A DNA stretch of 64,000 nucleotides from a virus (taxonomy: Duplodnaviria; Caudoviricetes). Both the position numbers and the translations under genes were made by a program. The DNA lies in the IMG/VR virus record IMGVR_UViG_3300036820_000018, positions 672-64,671 of that record, one strand, 5' to 3'. A model generated the notes under the pieces. The model was not told the DNA's origin, ran no database searches, and worked only from the letters and a program-made list of their open reading frames with translations. Positions within the stretch are counted from its first letter, which is position 1. Every line of letters begins with the position of its first letter. Below, piece by piece: positions 18,003-29,100 of this stretch.

Positions 18003-18878
18003 TCATGCTGCGCTCCTTTGCAGTCGAGCGTCGAACGCCGCTTTGAACGACCTCGCTGCAGCCGGTTCGACTGGTGCAGTGACCGCTGGTGCGCCGTTGA
18101 TCCGGAGGCTAAAGGCCTGTAGCCCGAGGGTGATTTGACCGTTCGTGTAACAGATCTCCGCACCATCGCTCATCTGCCAGAGGTAGGCGTTGGGCAGGTA
18201 ACCGTTGCTCTGGGCCCACTTGGCAAAAGCCAGAAGGTCGGTGTGGTCCGAGGTGTAGTTCTTGGTCGCCTCGAAGGTGATGATGTTCCCCGCCGAATCG
18301 TTCCCGACCCAGACCGTGTAACTCTCGCCAGAGAGGGTGATCGTGCCGGGGAGTTCGGTGCCAGCGGGGACCTGGTTGCAGGTATAGGCCCAGATCATCA
18401 TCTCGGTGGACTTGCCCGACCATTCCGTCGAGCCGCCCCACCAAGGATCGTTCGCGTATTCGTAGTCATTGCCAGTGCAAGAGGGGGTCGCGTAAGCGCG
18501 GTAGTTGGAGTACATCGAGGTAAGCGAGGAGAGCGGCGTCGCTGCGGCGAGGGTCTCATTGGCGTCGGGGAAGGACTGGACGCGCCCACCTTCGCCCCCA
18601 CCTGAGGATGCCGAGGCAGTGACGTAGAAGGAGTTCTCAGCGCAGGCATAGAGGGTTTGGGAGATGTTGTAGTTGTCCCAGACGTCGTTCGAGACATCGT
18701 TCGCCCCGCCGTATCCGACCACACCCGACGGGGACGAAGAGGTGTAGTTCGGGTCCGTGCAGAGGTGGAAGCCGGGCCCTGCACCAGTCGCATCGAGCGA
18801 ATAGTTCTGGCTCGACGGCACCATCACCGCAGCGGTTGCGAGTCCGAGAGCGACGATCAGAGCGAGGAAGATCTTCAC
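18003..18878 (-). CDS. secreted GH12-like glycoside hydrolase
   Basis: Signal peptide; SNDVW, VQSFP, YANDPW, TEMMIW, DGAEI (two Glu at GH12-like positions); GTG after AGGAGG. Confidence 0.75.
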   Translation of the reverse strand: MKIFLALIVALGLATAAVMVPSSQNYSLDATGAGPGFHLCTDPNYTSSSPSGVVGYGGANDVSNDVWDNYNISQTLYACAENSFYVTASASSGGGEGGRVQSFPDANETLAAATPLSSLTSMYSNYRAYATPSCTGNDYEYANDPWWGGSTEWSGKSTEMMIWAYTCNQVPAGTELPGTITLSGESYTVWVGNDSAGNIITFEATKNYTSDHTDLLAFAKWAQSNGYLPNAYLWQMSDGAEICYTNGQITLGLQAFSLRINGAPAVTAPVEPAAARSFKAAFDARLQRSAA

Positions 18879-18908
18879 TGCGTACCTCCTGTGTGAAACG
18901 CTTAAGGG

Positions 18909-19160
18909 GTGAAAGTGACGCGCATCCAGCGGCTCATCTGTGCAGAATGCGGCCAGATGCAGAGGGTCAAGAACCAAGCGGGTTGGTCCTCACCGTGCTT
19001 CGACTGCGGGCCGACTACGTGGTTTACTCTTTCGACGAGGGCGCCCGAGAGAACCCTTACGGTCGATCCGATCTGGGACGCTTCTACGGGGACGTGGCCC
19101 TCATGGGAGGTCGAGATGGATGCCTTCGAGGCCTACCTAGAAGCGTTATGGCAGGACTAG
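18909..19160 (+). CDS. small Zn-finger-like protein on the opposite strand
   Basis: CAEC...CFDC; fills an otherwise empty gap. Confidence 0.5.
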   Translation: MKVTRIQRLICAECGQMQRVKNQAGWSSPCFDCGPTTWFTLSTRAPERTLTVDPIWDASTGTWPSWEVEMDAFEAYLEALWQD

Positions 19161-19603
19161 GGGATGCTGGTAGGGCAGTCGAACTTCGTGCAGAGGAACC
19201 GCAGTTCACTGAGGGCTTGTGACTCTTCGGCCTCTAAGACCTTCACCGTCGCTCCCGCCTCGACGAGGATCGAATCCACGGTGGTGTCGCCTCTGGCTTG
19301 GAGCGCCTGCTCTGCCTTCATCTGAGTGACCAGAGATTTGATGTCTGCGTCTTCTCCGACGACCTGAGTGACCAAGCTGTCAATCGCATTGATGGTCGCA
19401 GTGTGATTGACCTGAGCTGTAGCGATTCCCTTGACGAGAGCATTCGTCTCGGCATTCGTGTGCCCTTGGCCGATCTGGTAGGAAACGTAGATCCCAATCA
19501 TCGCCACGATGAGCAGAGTGGCGAGCACCGCGGTGAGGACCTTCCACCTGTCTCTGTGCTCTTGCTTCCTCACGATCTCTTGAGTCTCTTGGTCCTCGCT
19601 CAC
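19157..19603 (-). CDS. membrane-anchored coiled-coil protein (lysis accessory candidate)
   Basis: One TM segment, heptad-like region, terminal CxxxxC. Confidence 0.6.
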   Translation of the reverse strand: MSEDQETQEIVRKQEHRDRWKVLTAVLATLLIVAMIGIYVSYQIGQGHTNAETNALVKGIATAQVNHTATINAIDSLVTQVVGEDADIKSLVTQMKAEQALQARGDTTVDSILVEAGATVKVLEAEESQALSELRFLCTKFDCPTSIP

Positions 19604-19661
19604 AGGGCATCCGACGCAGGAGTTGAGATCGCACCTACGGCAGATCCGCAGATCGGGACGC

Positions 19662-19958
19662 TCATTTGGCGCTCCCTTCGAGCCGCTTGACGCGGGCGTC
19701 GATTTGAGGGACACGGGTATTGAGACCGTCGTGATGTCCCTCGTCGTCATCGAATCCCATGACGATGTCACAGACTCCGCGGTTCCAGCTACCCGCGTCA
19801 TCGCGCCATCCGGTGATCCGTCTGTTGGTGAGCCACGTAGAGCGGTTCCTGTCGAGACTCTTTCGGTACCACAGACCGACTGACGCCGCCACAGTTACCG
19901 CCGCAGCAGCGATGACAAAAATGTTGACCACGCTTTCGCTCACTGCTCCAACGATCAT
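19662..19958 (-). CDS. membrane protein (holin-like)
   Basis: N-terminal TM segment; C-terminal IDARVKRLE. Confidence 0.55.
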   Translation of the reverse strand: MIVGAVSESVVNIFVIAAAAVTVAASVGLWYRKSLDRNRSTWLTNRRITGWRDDAGSWNRGVCDIVMGFDDDEGHHDGLNTRVPQIDARVKRLEGSAK

Positions 19959-19979
19959 GCGACACCGTGCCCCCCACAG

Positions 19980-21080
19980 TTAAGAGCCATAGCTGACCAG
20001 GCGCACGTCCATCCAAGTGAACGCGGACTCGGCGGGGTCCGGTTCTAGCTGTGAGGACAGGGTGGAATAGCCAGCGATGGCGAGGTTGTCGAGAGCAGCA
20101 CAGGTGACGTCCTGAGCGATTGTGATGGTGGTTGGAGAAGAGGAACTCGGGTTGTTGTTCGCCCCCTTGACGAAGTTCCCAGAGCTCCCTGAGTACTGCC
20201 AGACACCGCCGCCTACCTGAGAACTCCCCGAGAACGAAGCGTTGGCTGGGAAGCGGACCGCACCAGAACAGTGGTAGATCCCGGCGAAGGGGACCTCCAA
20301 GCTGGCATAGCCGAGGGCAGTGTTGCCCGCCATGCCGCCTTGCTGACCACCGATCGTCCATGACGCAGCCGTTCCGAACGGCAGCCACGTGCTAGTCGTG
20401 GACATATTGGCCGCGCCGCCGTTGTACTGGATGCGGCCATAGGGGAGCACACCGGGCATCTGGCTGCCCATGACCTGGAAGTTGGTCCCGTCGCAGAAGA
20501 GTTCGAGGGACTGCCCTCTCGCGTAGAGGAAGTAGGAGTTCGAGGAGTTGATGTTCCCCGAGGTTGCCGCGATGATCGAGCCTGAGGGGGGCGTGATTCC
20601 TATGCCATTCGCAGAGGTGTCGGTCTTGACGAACTTGAAGCGCTGGCCCAACGCCGGAGAGGGGAGGGTATATCCGGTGGCCCCACCGCTCGCATTACAG
20701 AGTTTGCAGTCGCCTGAGAGCGGATTGACCACAGCCCCGGTGTTCTCCACGAACGCATTCCATACCGAGTCCGCGTAGTACGGGTCGATCTGAACCGTCT
20801 TCGTTGTGGCAACTCCGCCCACGCTGAACGCGAGGATGTAGTAACCCGGGCTTGCCCAGAAGGTGAGATTCCCATAACCGTCGGTTGAGACAGGGTTGCT
20901 AACCGATGTTGCCGAAGACGTCGGGCCGTTGTAGAGGGTCGCTGTGCCGGCCTCAGTGGTCCCGTCAGGGGTCAGGTAGACCGTGACCGGGCTAGAGGTG
21001 ACAGGTGCTCCTGTCGAGGAGAGGATCGCATCGGCGAAGAGCCCATAGAACGGGGTGCCTGCTGAAATCAGGTTTGCCAT
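19980..21080 (-). CDS. tail fibre / receptor-binding protein
   Basis: VTVY...NPVSTDGYGNLTFWA head; YTLP...FVKTD module; VPFAGIYH C-terminal domain. Confidence 0.7.
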   Translation of the reverse strand: MANLISAGTPFYGLFADAILSSTGAPVTSSPVTVYLTPDGTTEAGTATLYNGPTSSATSVSNPVSTDGYGNLTFWASPGYYILAFSVGGVATTKTVQIDPYYADSVWNAFVENTGAVVNPLSGDCKLCNASGGATGYTLPSPALGQRFKFVKTDTSANGIGITPPSGSIIAATSGNINSSNSYFLYARGQSLELFCDGTNFQVMGSQMPGVLPYGRIQYNGGAANMSTTSTWLPFGTAASWTIGGQQGGMAGNTALGYASLEVPFAGIYHCSGAVRFPANASFSGSSQVGGGVWQYSGSSGNFVKGANNNPSSSSPTTITIAQDVTCAALDNLAIAGYSTLSSQLEPDPAESAFTWMDVRLVSYGS

Positions 21081-21087
21081 CTATCTC

Positions 21088-22788
21088 CTAAGCGATTCGG
21101 GTGCAGATGACGAAGGTGGCCTGGAGCGTGAACGGTGAAGCAGAGAGCGCATACTTCGCCTTGACCGTCCCAGCGGAGTTCGTACGGGTGTCGAGGTCGA
21201 AAGTCCCCGCTGTGGTGACAACGAGCAGACCGCTGATCGGCATCGTCACGCCGTTCTCCGTTGCAGTGCCAGTCGGGAGAAGTAACTGGGCTCCCGGAGC
21301 GGTCCCCGAAATGACCGCGGTGCCACTTGACTGCAGGACGTACCAGACGTTGTCTCCGATGGTCGTCCCACCTGAGATTGTGATTTGCCCGGTGATCAGC
21401 CAGGTCCCTATAGCCAGCGACGGGGTTGTGAGAGCTGTCTGTAAGGCAGACGTTGTCGGGATGGTGAAGTCAGCAGCGCCGGGCAGTGTCGTGTAGTTCG
21501 AGGTGAGGCCTATGACAGGGGTCGGGGTGAGCCCAGTGGCCCCCGTGATGCCGTAGCCGCCTCCGGTCACTACCGGGATCTGGCCCACGTTCGCAGCGTG
21601 GGTAGAGGCCGTCCCCGCCAAGAGCCCAGTGATCTTCTGCGAGTTGTTCGACCAGTTTGCTGCCGGGGGGTGAAGGTTCGCTATCTGGTCGAGGGTCCCT
21701 GACTCGACGACAACTGCTCCGGTGGTCGGAGTGATGACGACTGAGGCGTCCCCGGCCGCAACCGAGGAAACAGCCCCACCCCCGCCAGAAGGCACCTGCC
21801 AAGTCCCATCCCCCCGCAAGAACTGCGTGGTGCCCCCAGGAGGACTTGAGATGGTGGTCCCTTGGATCTTCGCCACCGTGGTTGCGTTAGAGCCCGAGGA
21901 CGCCGTTACGTCGCCTGTGAGGGCAGCGCGTTCGAGGTTGGTCGTCGGTCCTGTCGGGCTGGTGATCGCGAGCGTCGTGCCCGTTGAGGTGATGTCGGAG
22001 ATCGTGCCTGAGCCTGAGCCCGACGGCACGTCCCACGTTCCGTCACCGCGGAGGAACTGAGTTGTCCCTCCTGGAGGTGCACCGATCGTGGTGCCTTGGA
22101 TCGAAGCAAGAGTGGGGTCGGGGTAGGTGCCGGAAAGGTCACCCCCGGCAGGTCCCGTCGCTCCACTGCTCGGGGGCGGACCAGACACCCACATGCCGCT
22201 CGCCGCGGTCAGTACGTTCCCGGTAGCGCCTGGAGGAATGGCCGCGTCTATGTCTTCAGCGGTGACCTCGACCTGAGTCTCGTAAGGGGTCCACACACCG
22301 CTGGTCTTCTGGTAGAGCGTCGCTGAGGTGGTCGCGTGGTACCAGTCGCCATCAGAGCCCAGAGTGCCAGGAGGAGGCTCTGAGCCCCCCCACAGGGCTC
22401 CAGGGCCCGCTGTGTGACGGCCGGCTGAGTCCACCCCGCCTAGAGGAAGGGGATAGGGCGTCGCCGAGCCGTACATCTTCCCACCGACGAAGCGACTGGT
22501 CCGATTGCGCCAGGTCCCTCGGATGAGCCACACCGTGTCTCCGATAGTCGGGACGTAGGGGTGTGACCATTTGACGTTCTGCGTGACTCCAGCAGGGTCG
22601 TCCTGATTGTTCTGCGTACCTGCAATATCGACATCGAGCGTCGCGGGAGGCCCGATGTTGATCGCCTTGACGACTCCCCATTGGATGGTGTCGTGGACGT
22701 AATTGCCGAGGTTGCGGCGTTGCTTCTGCACCGACTTCTGCGTCATCACGCGCGCTGAGTGCATGGTGCGAGAGTTGGAGGCCTTCAC
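21088..22788 (-). CDS. minor tail / fibre protein with internal repeat
   Basis: YVPTIGDTVW; GSDGDWY; duplicated IQGTTI..PPGGTTQFLRGDGTW.VPSG. Confidence 0.7.
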   Translation of the reverse strand: MKASNSRTMHSARVMTQKSVQKQRRNLGNYVHDTIQWGVVKAINIGPPATLDVDIAGTQNNQDDPAGVTQNVKWSHPYVPTIGDTVWLIRGTWRNRTSRFVGGKMYGSATPYPLPLGGVDSAGRHTAGPGALWGGSEPPPGTLGSDGDWYHATTSATLYQKTSGVWTPYETQVEVTAEDIDAAIPPGATGNVLTAASGMWVSGPPPSSGATGPAGGDLSGTYPDPTLASIQGTTIGAPPGGTTQFLRGDGTWDVPSGSGSGTISDITSTGTTLAITSPTGPTTNLERAALTGDVTASSGSNATTVAKIQGTTISSPPGGTTQFLRGDGTWQVPSGGGGAVSSVAAGDASVVITPTTGAVVVESGTLDQIANLHPPAANWSNNSQKITGLLAGTASTHAANVGQIPVVTGGGYGITGATGLTPTPVIGLTSNYTTLPGAADFTIPTTSALQTALTTPSLAIGTWLITGQITISGGTTIGDNVWYVLQSSGTAVISGTAPGAQLLLPTGTATENGVTMPISGLLVVTTAGTFDLDTRTNSAGTVKAKYALSASPFTLQATFVICTRIA

Positions 22789-24065
22789 GTCGTCCCGCTG
22801 AAGTTGTTGTTGGTCAGGATCCGGCCGGTGCAGTTCATCACGTCGTCGTAGGTGAAGGTATGGGTGATCGTGTCAAGAACGACGAAGGCGTTAACGAGCC
22901 CGACGCGCTCTCGAGTAACCGTCACCACATCGTCGACGTCGAAAATGGGGTTGGGCGGGGTGGCGACAGTCACGGTCCATGCAGTCGAGAGAGCGACTTG
23001 CAAATCGCTGTTCGCCATCGGCTGCGCCCCCACGTTGGTGACGAGACTTGACTCCACGAAGTTCGGCACGTCTCCGAGCGCCCCGCCCACCCAGGTAGGT
23101 GACTGCGGGTTGTTGTCTGCTGCTTCGGCGAGGATCGGGGAGCCGGAAGTTTCAATCCCATCCCCGTTGTAGGTCGCGTCGTTCGCGGTGCCTGTGCCTT
23201 GGATGACGATGTCGTTGTAGATCCCGTCTCGGGTCATCACCACAGAAACTTCGACAGGGGTCGAGTAGGCCGAACCGAACAAGGCACCTGAACCTGTGCC
23301 GGGGAGGCCGATGATGTCAGCCTCGACATCGGTGAAGTTCCAGGTGATCGGCTGGGTGAGGGGATTGGGGACTGGTTTGCCGGTGACGATCCCGTTGACG
23401 TCGAAGTACAGCTCGTAGCCGATTGCTGTCGCCATGTCCAAGGCGGCTTGCCAGGGATCTGAACCCTGGTCATAAGACGCAGTCGGGACGATCGCAGTCG
23501 TCGGGGCGATGTTGTACTGAAGCGGCTGGACGCCTGTTTGTTGACTCCAGACCATGTTGAGAAGCGTCTGGATCTCGGTGACGAAGTTCCCCGACGAGGT
23601 GGCCGGGAAGTTGTACGGGTTCTTCAGCGCTCGTTGAGCGATCGTCCACCCTCGGTCGTTCAGATCCAAGGTGACCGTGCAGTCCTCGCCTGTGTCGTCA
23701 ACCGTTGAGGTGGTGATGACAAACAGACCGTTCGGTACCCACTGGGTCGCCGGCGTGGGAGTCGTGACCTGAGAGAGGATCCCGGTCTCGATGAAGATCT
23801 CTGACCCGAAGGGCGCGAGCATCGACCCTGGGTTCACGGGCATCAACGTCGGAGGAGGGATTGTCGGGATCACCTCGATGGTGATCTCTCCTGTGCGTCT
23901 GAACTCCGCGTTGCGGTCGACAGTGAACGAGCCTGTCGATGCGTCAGCAAGGTAAGGACCACCCTGGGGGACGCCGCCTTTGAGAACCGTGAAGCGCGCC
24001 TCGACGAGCATCGCCCCATAACGCAGAGCATCGATGAAAGCCGCGGAAGGGGATATAACGGGCAT
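22785..24065 (-). CDS. baseplate hub / Tal-like minor tail protein
   Basis: VDRNAEFRRT, PFGSEI, WVPNGLF, ELYFDVNG, IYNDIV; position after tape measure. Confidence 0.7.
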   Translation of the reverse strand: MPVISPSAAFIDALRYGAMLVEARFTVLKGGVPQGGPYLADASTGSFTVDRNAEFRRTGEITIEVIPTIPPPTLMPVNPGSMLAPFGSEIFIETGILSQVTTPTPATQWVPNGLFVITTSTVDDTGEDCTVTLDLNDRGWTIAQRALKNPYNFPATSSGNFVTEIQTLLNMVWSQQTGVQPLQYNIAPTTAIVPTASYDQGSDPWQAALDMATAIGYELYFDVNGIVTGKPVPNPLTQPITWNFTDVEADIIGLPGTGSGALFGSAYSTPVEVSVVMTRDGIYNDIVIQGTGTANDATYNGDGIETSGSPILAEAADNNPQSPTWVGGALGDVPNFVESSLVTNVGAQPMANSDLQVALSTAWTVTVATPPNPIFDVDDVVTVTRERVGLVNAFVVLDTITHTFTYDDVMNCTGRILTNNNFSGTT

Positions 24066-25801
24066 CAGACGGGCGGCCGCGATTGCGACACAAAAGTGAT
24101 TGCAGTCGTCCGGTGCATGTTCACGATCGTGGACGGCAACAGAGTTGAATCGAGCGTCTTATTGCCCGTGCCTGTGCTCATTCCGCCTGTCTGGGGTCCT
24201 ATGCGGAAGAACCCGCTGTCGGTGCCTCCGAAGGGCAGGGAGATGAAGACGGTGGCCTGGCTGTTCAACAAGGCTTGGAGTCCCAAGTAGGTCGGCTGGT
24301 CGAAGGTCTCGAAGGTTCCTTGTCCGTCGAGGCCGCCAATAGTGCTGGCGACGATGTTCGGTGGACTCTGTCCCATCACGAGGTGAGCCGTGGACTGCTC
24401 GGTGACCTGCGGCTCCCATTGAATCGCCTGAGCCGCGATCGCCGTAGCCGAGGGGTTGAGCGGGTTGAATGCCCAGCACTTGGTGGTGACGAAGTGCACA
24501 GCCGACGAGGACGCTGTGGCAGAGATCACCGAAGCATTCGTGCCTGTGATCACGATGATCGACGCGACGTAGGTGTACTGGACCCCTGGGATGACCTCGA
24601 AGTCTTCGACGATCACCTGGTAGGGCGAGGTCCCTGGGATCGGAGCAGGATTGACCGGAGAGGCGTTTCTGACGTAAACGCTCGACCCGTCTGACCCGTT
24701 GCGCAGGATGATCGCGTTCTGCAATCCGTTGTAAGGGGTGTTCGCTCCGGTGACCAACAGGCTGATGATCGGGCACGCTGAGCCAAGCACGTCTGTGGTC
24801 TGGGTCGCGACGATCGTCGGAGTGGTTGGCGGGGTGTAGCTCGTCGAGAACGACGAGTGCGACCATCCTGACCACTGGCCTCCTGTCTCAGTGACCGCGA
24901 CGTATGCCCGCCAGCTGATCCCGCTCGGAAGGTAGATCGGGACAGCGGAGAGGTCGAGGCTGTAGACATAGGATCCGCCGAGCTGGCCTGAATCATAGAC
25001 CGACGTGCTGCCGTCTGTAGTGTTGATGGCTGACGGAAGAGTCGGAGATCCTCCGCTGGTGATGTTGTAGACGATCACCCTGTAGGAGGTCTGCTGTGCG
25101 CCAGGAGCCAGTGTGAGCGTCCAGGTGATCAAAGGGTCTGCTGTAGCGATTGAGCCGCTAGGAGCCGTCACAGTGACGCTAGGGGCCACTTGAGCGTTGA
25201 TGGTGAAGTACCCCGCTATCGCTCCAACACCGTTTGAGTCCTTGGTCTGGATGGACCACTGGTAGATATTGCCGTCCTGCCACGGGGAGTTCGTTCCTGT
25301 GACTGCTCCGGTAGTGACGTGACCCGTCCCCCCCGTTTGAGAGACGAACCTCACCACCGCGACCGTGGATGAGGTGACCGAGGAGACGATGTAGGTAGCT
25401 ACCCCGACGCTTGTGACCACCGCAAGGCTTGTCCCTGCAACAAACCCCGCAGTCGAGAGCACCGTGAGGTTGGTGATCGAGGCCGCGAGAGTCGAGGACA
25501 TGTTCGCGTTGGTCGAGATCGCACCGGTCGGGAAGGTGTAGCTCCCTGTCGAGCCTGAGTTGTAGACAGGCGTCGATTGCCAGGTCCCTGTGGACACGTT
25601 CCAGAACTGGGCTATCGACCCACCGTTGGTGATCCGAAGGAACGCCCACCCGCTTTGAGTGAGGCCGGTCTGGCCTGGGTTGTACTGCCAGGTGAAGGTG
25701 GGTTGGTTGGAGAGATCGAGATATGTCCCGTTCGCTGGGGTGAGAAGCGTGGGGGCCAATGAGACCGGGTTGACCAGCCCCGCGACCACCAGTACGGGCA
25801 T
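24065..25801 (-). CDS. minor tail protein (FN3/Ig-like domains)
   Basis: APTLLTP, FTWQY, YQWSIQT, SGWS repeats. Confidence 0.7.
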   Translation of the reverse strand: MPVLVVAGLVNPVSLAPTLLTPANGTYLDLSNQPTFTWQYNPGQTGLTQSGWAFLRITNGGSIAQFWNVSTGTWQSTPVYNSGSTGSYTFPTGAISTNANMSSTLAASITNLTVLSTAGFVAGTSLAVVTSVGVATYIVSSVTSSTVAVVRFVSQTGGTGHVTTGAVTGTNSPWQDGNIYQWSIQTKDSNGVGAIAGYFTINAQVAPSVTVTAPSGSIATADPLITWTLTLAPGAQQTSYRVIVYNITSGGSPTLPSAINTTDGSTSVYDSGQLGGSYVYSLDLSAVPIYLPSGISWRAYVAVTETGGQWSGWSHSSFSTSYTPPTTPTIVATQTTDVLGSACPIISLLVTGANTPYNGLQNAIILRNGSDGSSVYVRNASPVNPAPIPGTSPYQVIVEDFEVIPGVQYTYVASIIVITGTNASVISATASSSAVHFVTTKCWAFNPLNPSATAIAAQAIQWEPQVTEQSTAHLVMGQSPPNIVASTIGGLDGQGTFETFDQPTYLGLQALLNSQATVFISLPFGGTDSGFFRIGPQTGGMSTGTGNKTLDSTLLPSTIVNMHRTTAITFVSQSRPPV

Positions 25802-26170
25802 TTAGCTCAGCCTTTCTCGCATCTTCTCCGCGAAGCCTTGTGCGATCTTGTGACGGTTCAACAGGTCTCGGTGCACGCGTTCATCGACAAGGTCGAGTTG
25901 CTCTTCTCGAAGGCTTATGCCGCGGATCGCAGCTCGCTCCGCTTCGACCCTGACTGCCTCACGCACCGCTGTGTGGCCCTTGGTGCCCCCGTCTCCCCAG
26001 TCCCACCGTTCCCTACGGAAGGCTTGTAGAGCCTCAGGGGTGAGCTCTGAGGCCCACCAGGACCATTTGCACTCATCACAGCGCCAGGGAGGGGTCTCTG
26101 GACCCATCGCGTTTGGCTGGAGGACTCCACCACATGAAGGGCACTGCTGGTGATAAGCGATGTCGCTCAT
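25802..26170 (-). CDS. Zn-ribbon hypothetical protein
   Basis: CPSCGG...WRCDEC; coupled to tape measure stop. Confidence 0.6.
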   Translation of the reverse strand: MSDIAYHQQCPSCGGVLQPNAMGPETPPWRCDECKWSWWASELTPEALQAFRRERWDWGDGGTKGHTAVREAVRVEAERAAIRGISLREEQLDLVDERVHRDLLNRHKIAQGFAEKMRERLS

Positions 26171-29100
26171 GTCCTCGTCCCCGCACCTGCGCTCAGAGAG
26201 GCGAGAGCCTGCCTGGCGAACTGCTCAGCAGATCCTTGCTCGATGGCTGTCTTGATTGAGCCAGCGTTCCCGCCTGGGGCGTAGATGTTGAACTCGGCGT
26301 TGACGACGAGGTTCATGCCACCACCGCCGTACCCCGAGCGGCCGCCAAGGGCGAACGGCACGGTCTTCAGCCGGTTCGAGGTGTCTAGAAGTGCGCTAAT
26401 GGGCCTGCTCTGGTTGTTCCTCTGCCCGACCTCTAAGCCTTCCATCATCGCCTCGCCGACCTTTATGAAGTAGGGCGACGGGCTACCGATCAGCCCCCCG
26501 ATGAGGGGGAGTTTCTTAATGGTGTTGATGATTCCGTTGATGATCCCTGTGAGGTGAGGGATTTTGCTCTCGAGCCCGTGGATGAACCCGGTGATCAGGG
26601 CAACCCCGGCGTCAATAAGCCAGGTGCCAGCCTTGCCGAAGAAGCTGATCAGTTTCCCGGGCAGTCCGAGGAACCACTTCTGCACCTGGAGGTAGAACTT
26701 CGCAATCCCGACCAAGAACCCTGAAAGCGAGCTTCCCCCTGAGCCGACCAGCCAATGGACGGCGTCAGAGAAGAAGGATCGGAGCTTGCCTGGCAGATTC
26801 AGGAACCAAGTCCAGAGCTTCGGGGCAAACCCGAGGATACCGTTGATCATCCCCGCGATGAGGTGCTCGCCCGTGGGGACGAGCCATCCGACAGCGCTAA
26901 CAACGAGCCCCTCGATGATGCCCGGCATCTTGACGAATAGGAAATAGAGGACCTTGAGTTCTAGCTCTGCCTCGCGCACCATCAGGATGATTGCCTCTCC
27001 GACGGCTTGTCCGAGAAGGTAACCGAGACTGCCGATGGCCTTCAGAGCCAGATCAGGGAGCGTCTTGAACACCGCTTCTATATCGCCTGGAAGACTTTCA
27101 AAAAACGAGACAATCTCTCCTGGGAGCGCCTTGAAGAAGCTCAGGAGATCTCCGAAGCCCTCTTCGACATGCTTAGGGATCGAGGTGAAGAACTTAACAA
27201 AGGGGCCAGAGAACCATGCCCCGACGCTCTTCATGAACCCCCACACGGTGTTCCAGTGCGTAGCAATCAGCTCTGCCGCGGCGAGAAAGGGGCCAACAAT
27301 CGGAATCGCCGCGAGGCCCAATGCTGAGACCAGGGAGTGACTCTTGATGAAAGACCAGACCGTGTTCCAGTGCTTAACAAGCTCATAAATCGCAGCCGCG
27401 AAGGCCAGGATCGCAAGGGTGATCAGCCCGATGGGATTCGCGTCCGCCGCGATATCCATCGAACCTAGGGCTCCGTCGAGGGCGGGGATAGCGGTAGTGG
27501 CGAGGGTGATCATCCCCTGAGCGACGATTTTCAACGCGTCGGTGAGGGCACCAAACCCGATAGTTGTGATGACTCCTCGAAGCGCTGAGAACCGCAGGAG
27601 AAGAAGCCCGATCCCAAGGGCATCTGCACCACCGGGGATCCCCCGGGCGAACCTCATTAGGGCGTTGATCACTTTGAGAGCATCGGTCGCGAGCTTGATC
27701 AGGAGCGGGGCTGCACCGATGTAGATCTGGGTCATGATCGAGCCGAACTGGATCAGAACCTGGATCAGTTCGAGCACCTCTTGCTTGTGGAGCTTGAAGA
27801 CCGTGCTGAGACCGGTGGAGTCACCTGCCGTCGTGAGGACCGTGTGGAGTCGATTCAGGTAGCCGGTGAGCAACACGACGATTCCCTCGCCGAGTCCTGC
27901 TGTCTTCCCGAAGATGTCCGCAACGTCTTTGATCAGGATCTTGAGGAAGGCGTCCCAGGTCCGCCAGAGGGAGATCATGCGCTCGATCTCGCCAGCGAAC
28001 TTGCTCCAGCCCGAACCGTTCAGTCGAGTGAAGAGCCTGTCAAGACTGGCTATAAACCCACCTGTCTGAGGGGCAATGAGGCCAATCATTCTGATGAGGA
28101 GCTCGACACCTTGGTCAAAGGCCTGCATCGCTGTCGGGAGATCTTGTTGGAACTTGTTCTCAAGCTCAGTAAAGATCGCCAGTCCCGGTCCAGAGATCCA
28201 AGCAAACAGGGGTTGAAGGTCTGTTTGGATGATCTTGGTGTTCTCAGCCGCATACTTCCCGATGATCGGGAGGAACTTGTCGGCTACATGGACGGCCTGA
28301 GTGATGATCTCAGCCCCGTATTTCTCCGCTAAGCCCGTGTACTGATCGAAGAGAGACTTGAAGGTCTGGATCGCATCTGCGGCCCCTACGACGGCCTGAC
28401 GAGCGATGGGGTTGAACCCTGAGAGAGCCCCGTTGAGTTCTCGGGCGGCCACAGCTGCCTCGGTTGACTTCGCGCCGTAGTCCTGGATAGCGGCAGTCAG
28501 GTTGTTCTGGGCACTGAGGACGTTCTTTATGTCACCCGAGGCTTGGCCGATCCCGGCCAAGTCGGTACCCAGCCCAACGCCTTCAGTCCCAAGTGCCCCG
28601 AGGCCGAGCAGCCCCGCTCCAATCCCACCTCCAGCGAGGGAGCCAGCGAGGCCTACTCCGGTGAGTGCCAGATGCTCAGGACCGAAGCCGGCGAGAGCCC
28701 CGAGAGACATGAACCGAGCGCTGAAGAGCGCCGACAACGTGCTGAGAGGACTAAGGAGCCGATTGATGAAGGACCCGCTTGAGTCTCCCCACAGCGAACT
28801 GGTGAGGGTGCTCGCCAGGACGCCTCCGAGGAGACCTCCATCCTTGTTGCCGCCTCCGCTAGCTAGTCCTGCCAGAGCAGGCGACAGAGCTGGGAGTGCG
28901 AAGAGCAACCGCTTGTCGATGCTGTCACCCATCGCGTCGAGAGCGGCGAGCTGAGCCTCGACGGCGGCGACGTTCTTGAGTTCGAGGTCGATCGCTAGAT
29001 CTCGAGAGTGGGTGATTGCGTCAAGCTCAGCGAGGATCGAGTTGATGTGGGCCTGGCTGATCTGCGGGTCGATCTCGACAGCGCCCATCGCCGCCAACAT

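Noticed and set aside
19600-19665. 21-codon mini-ORF coupled to both neighbours
   Set aside because: Too short to support; may be only a coupling remnant
21790-22105. Direct repeat in the tail protein gene
   Set aside because: Ordinary internal fibre repeat with synonymous divergence
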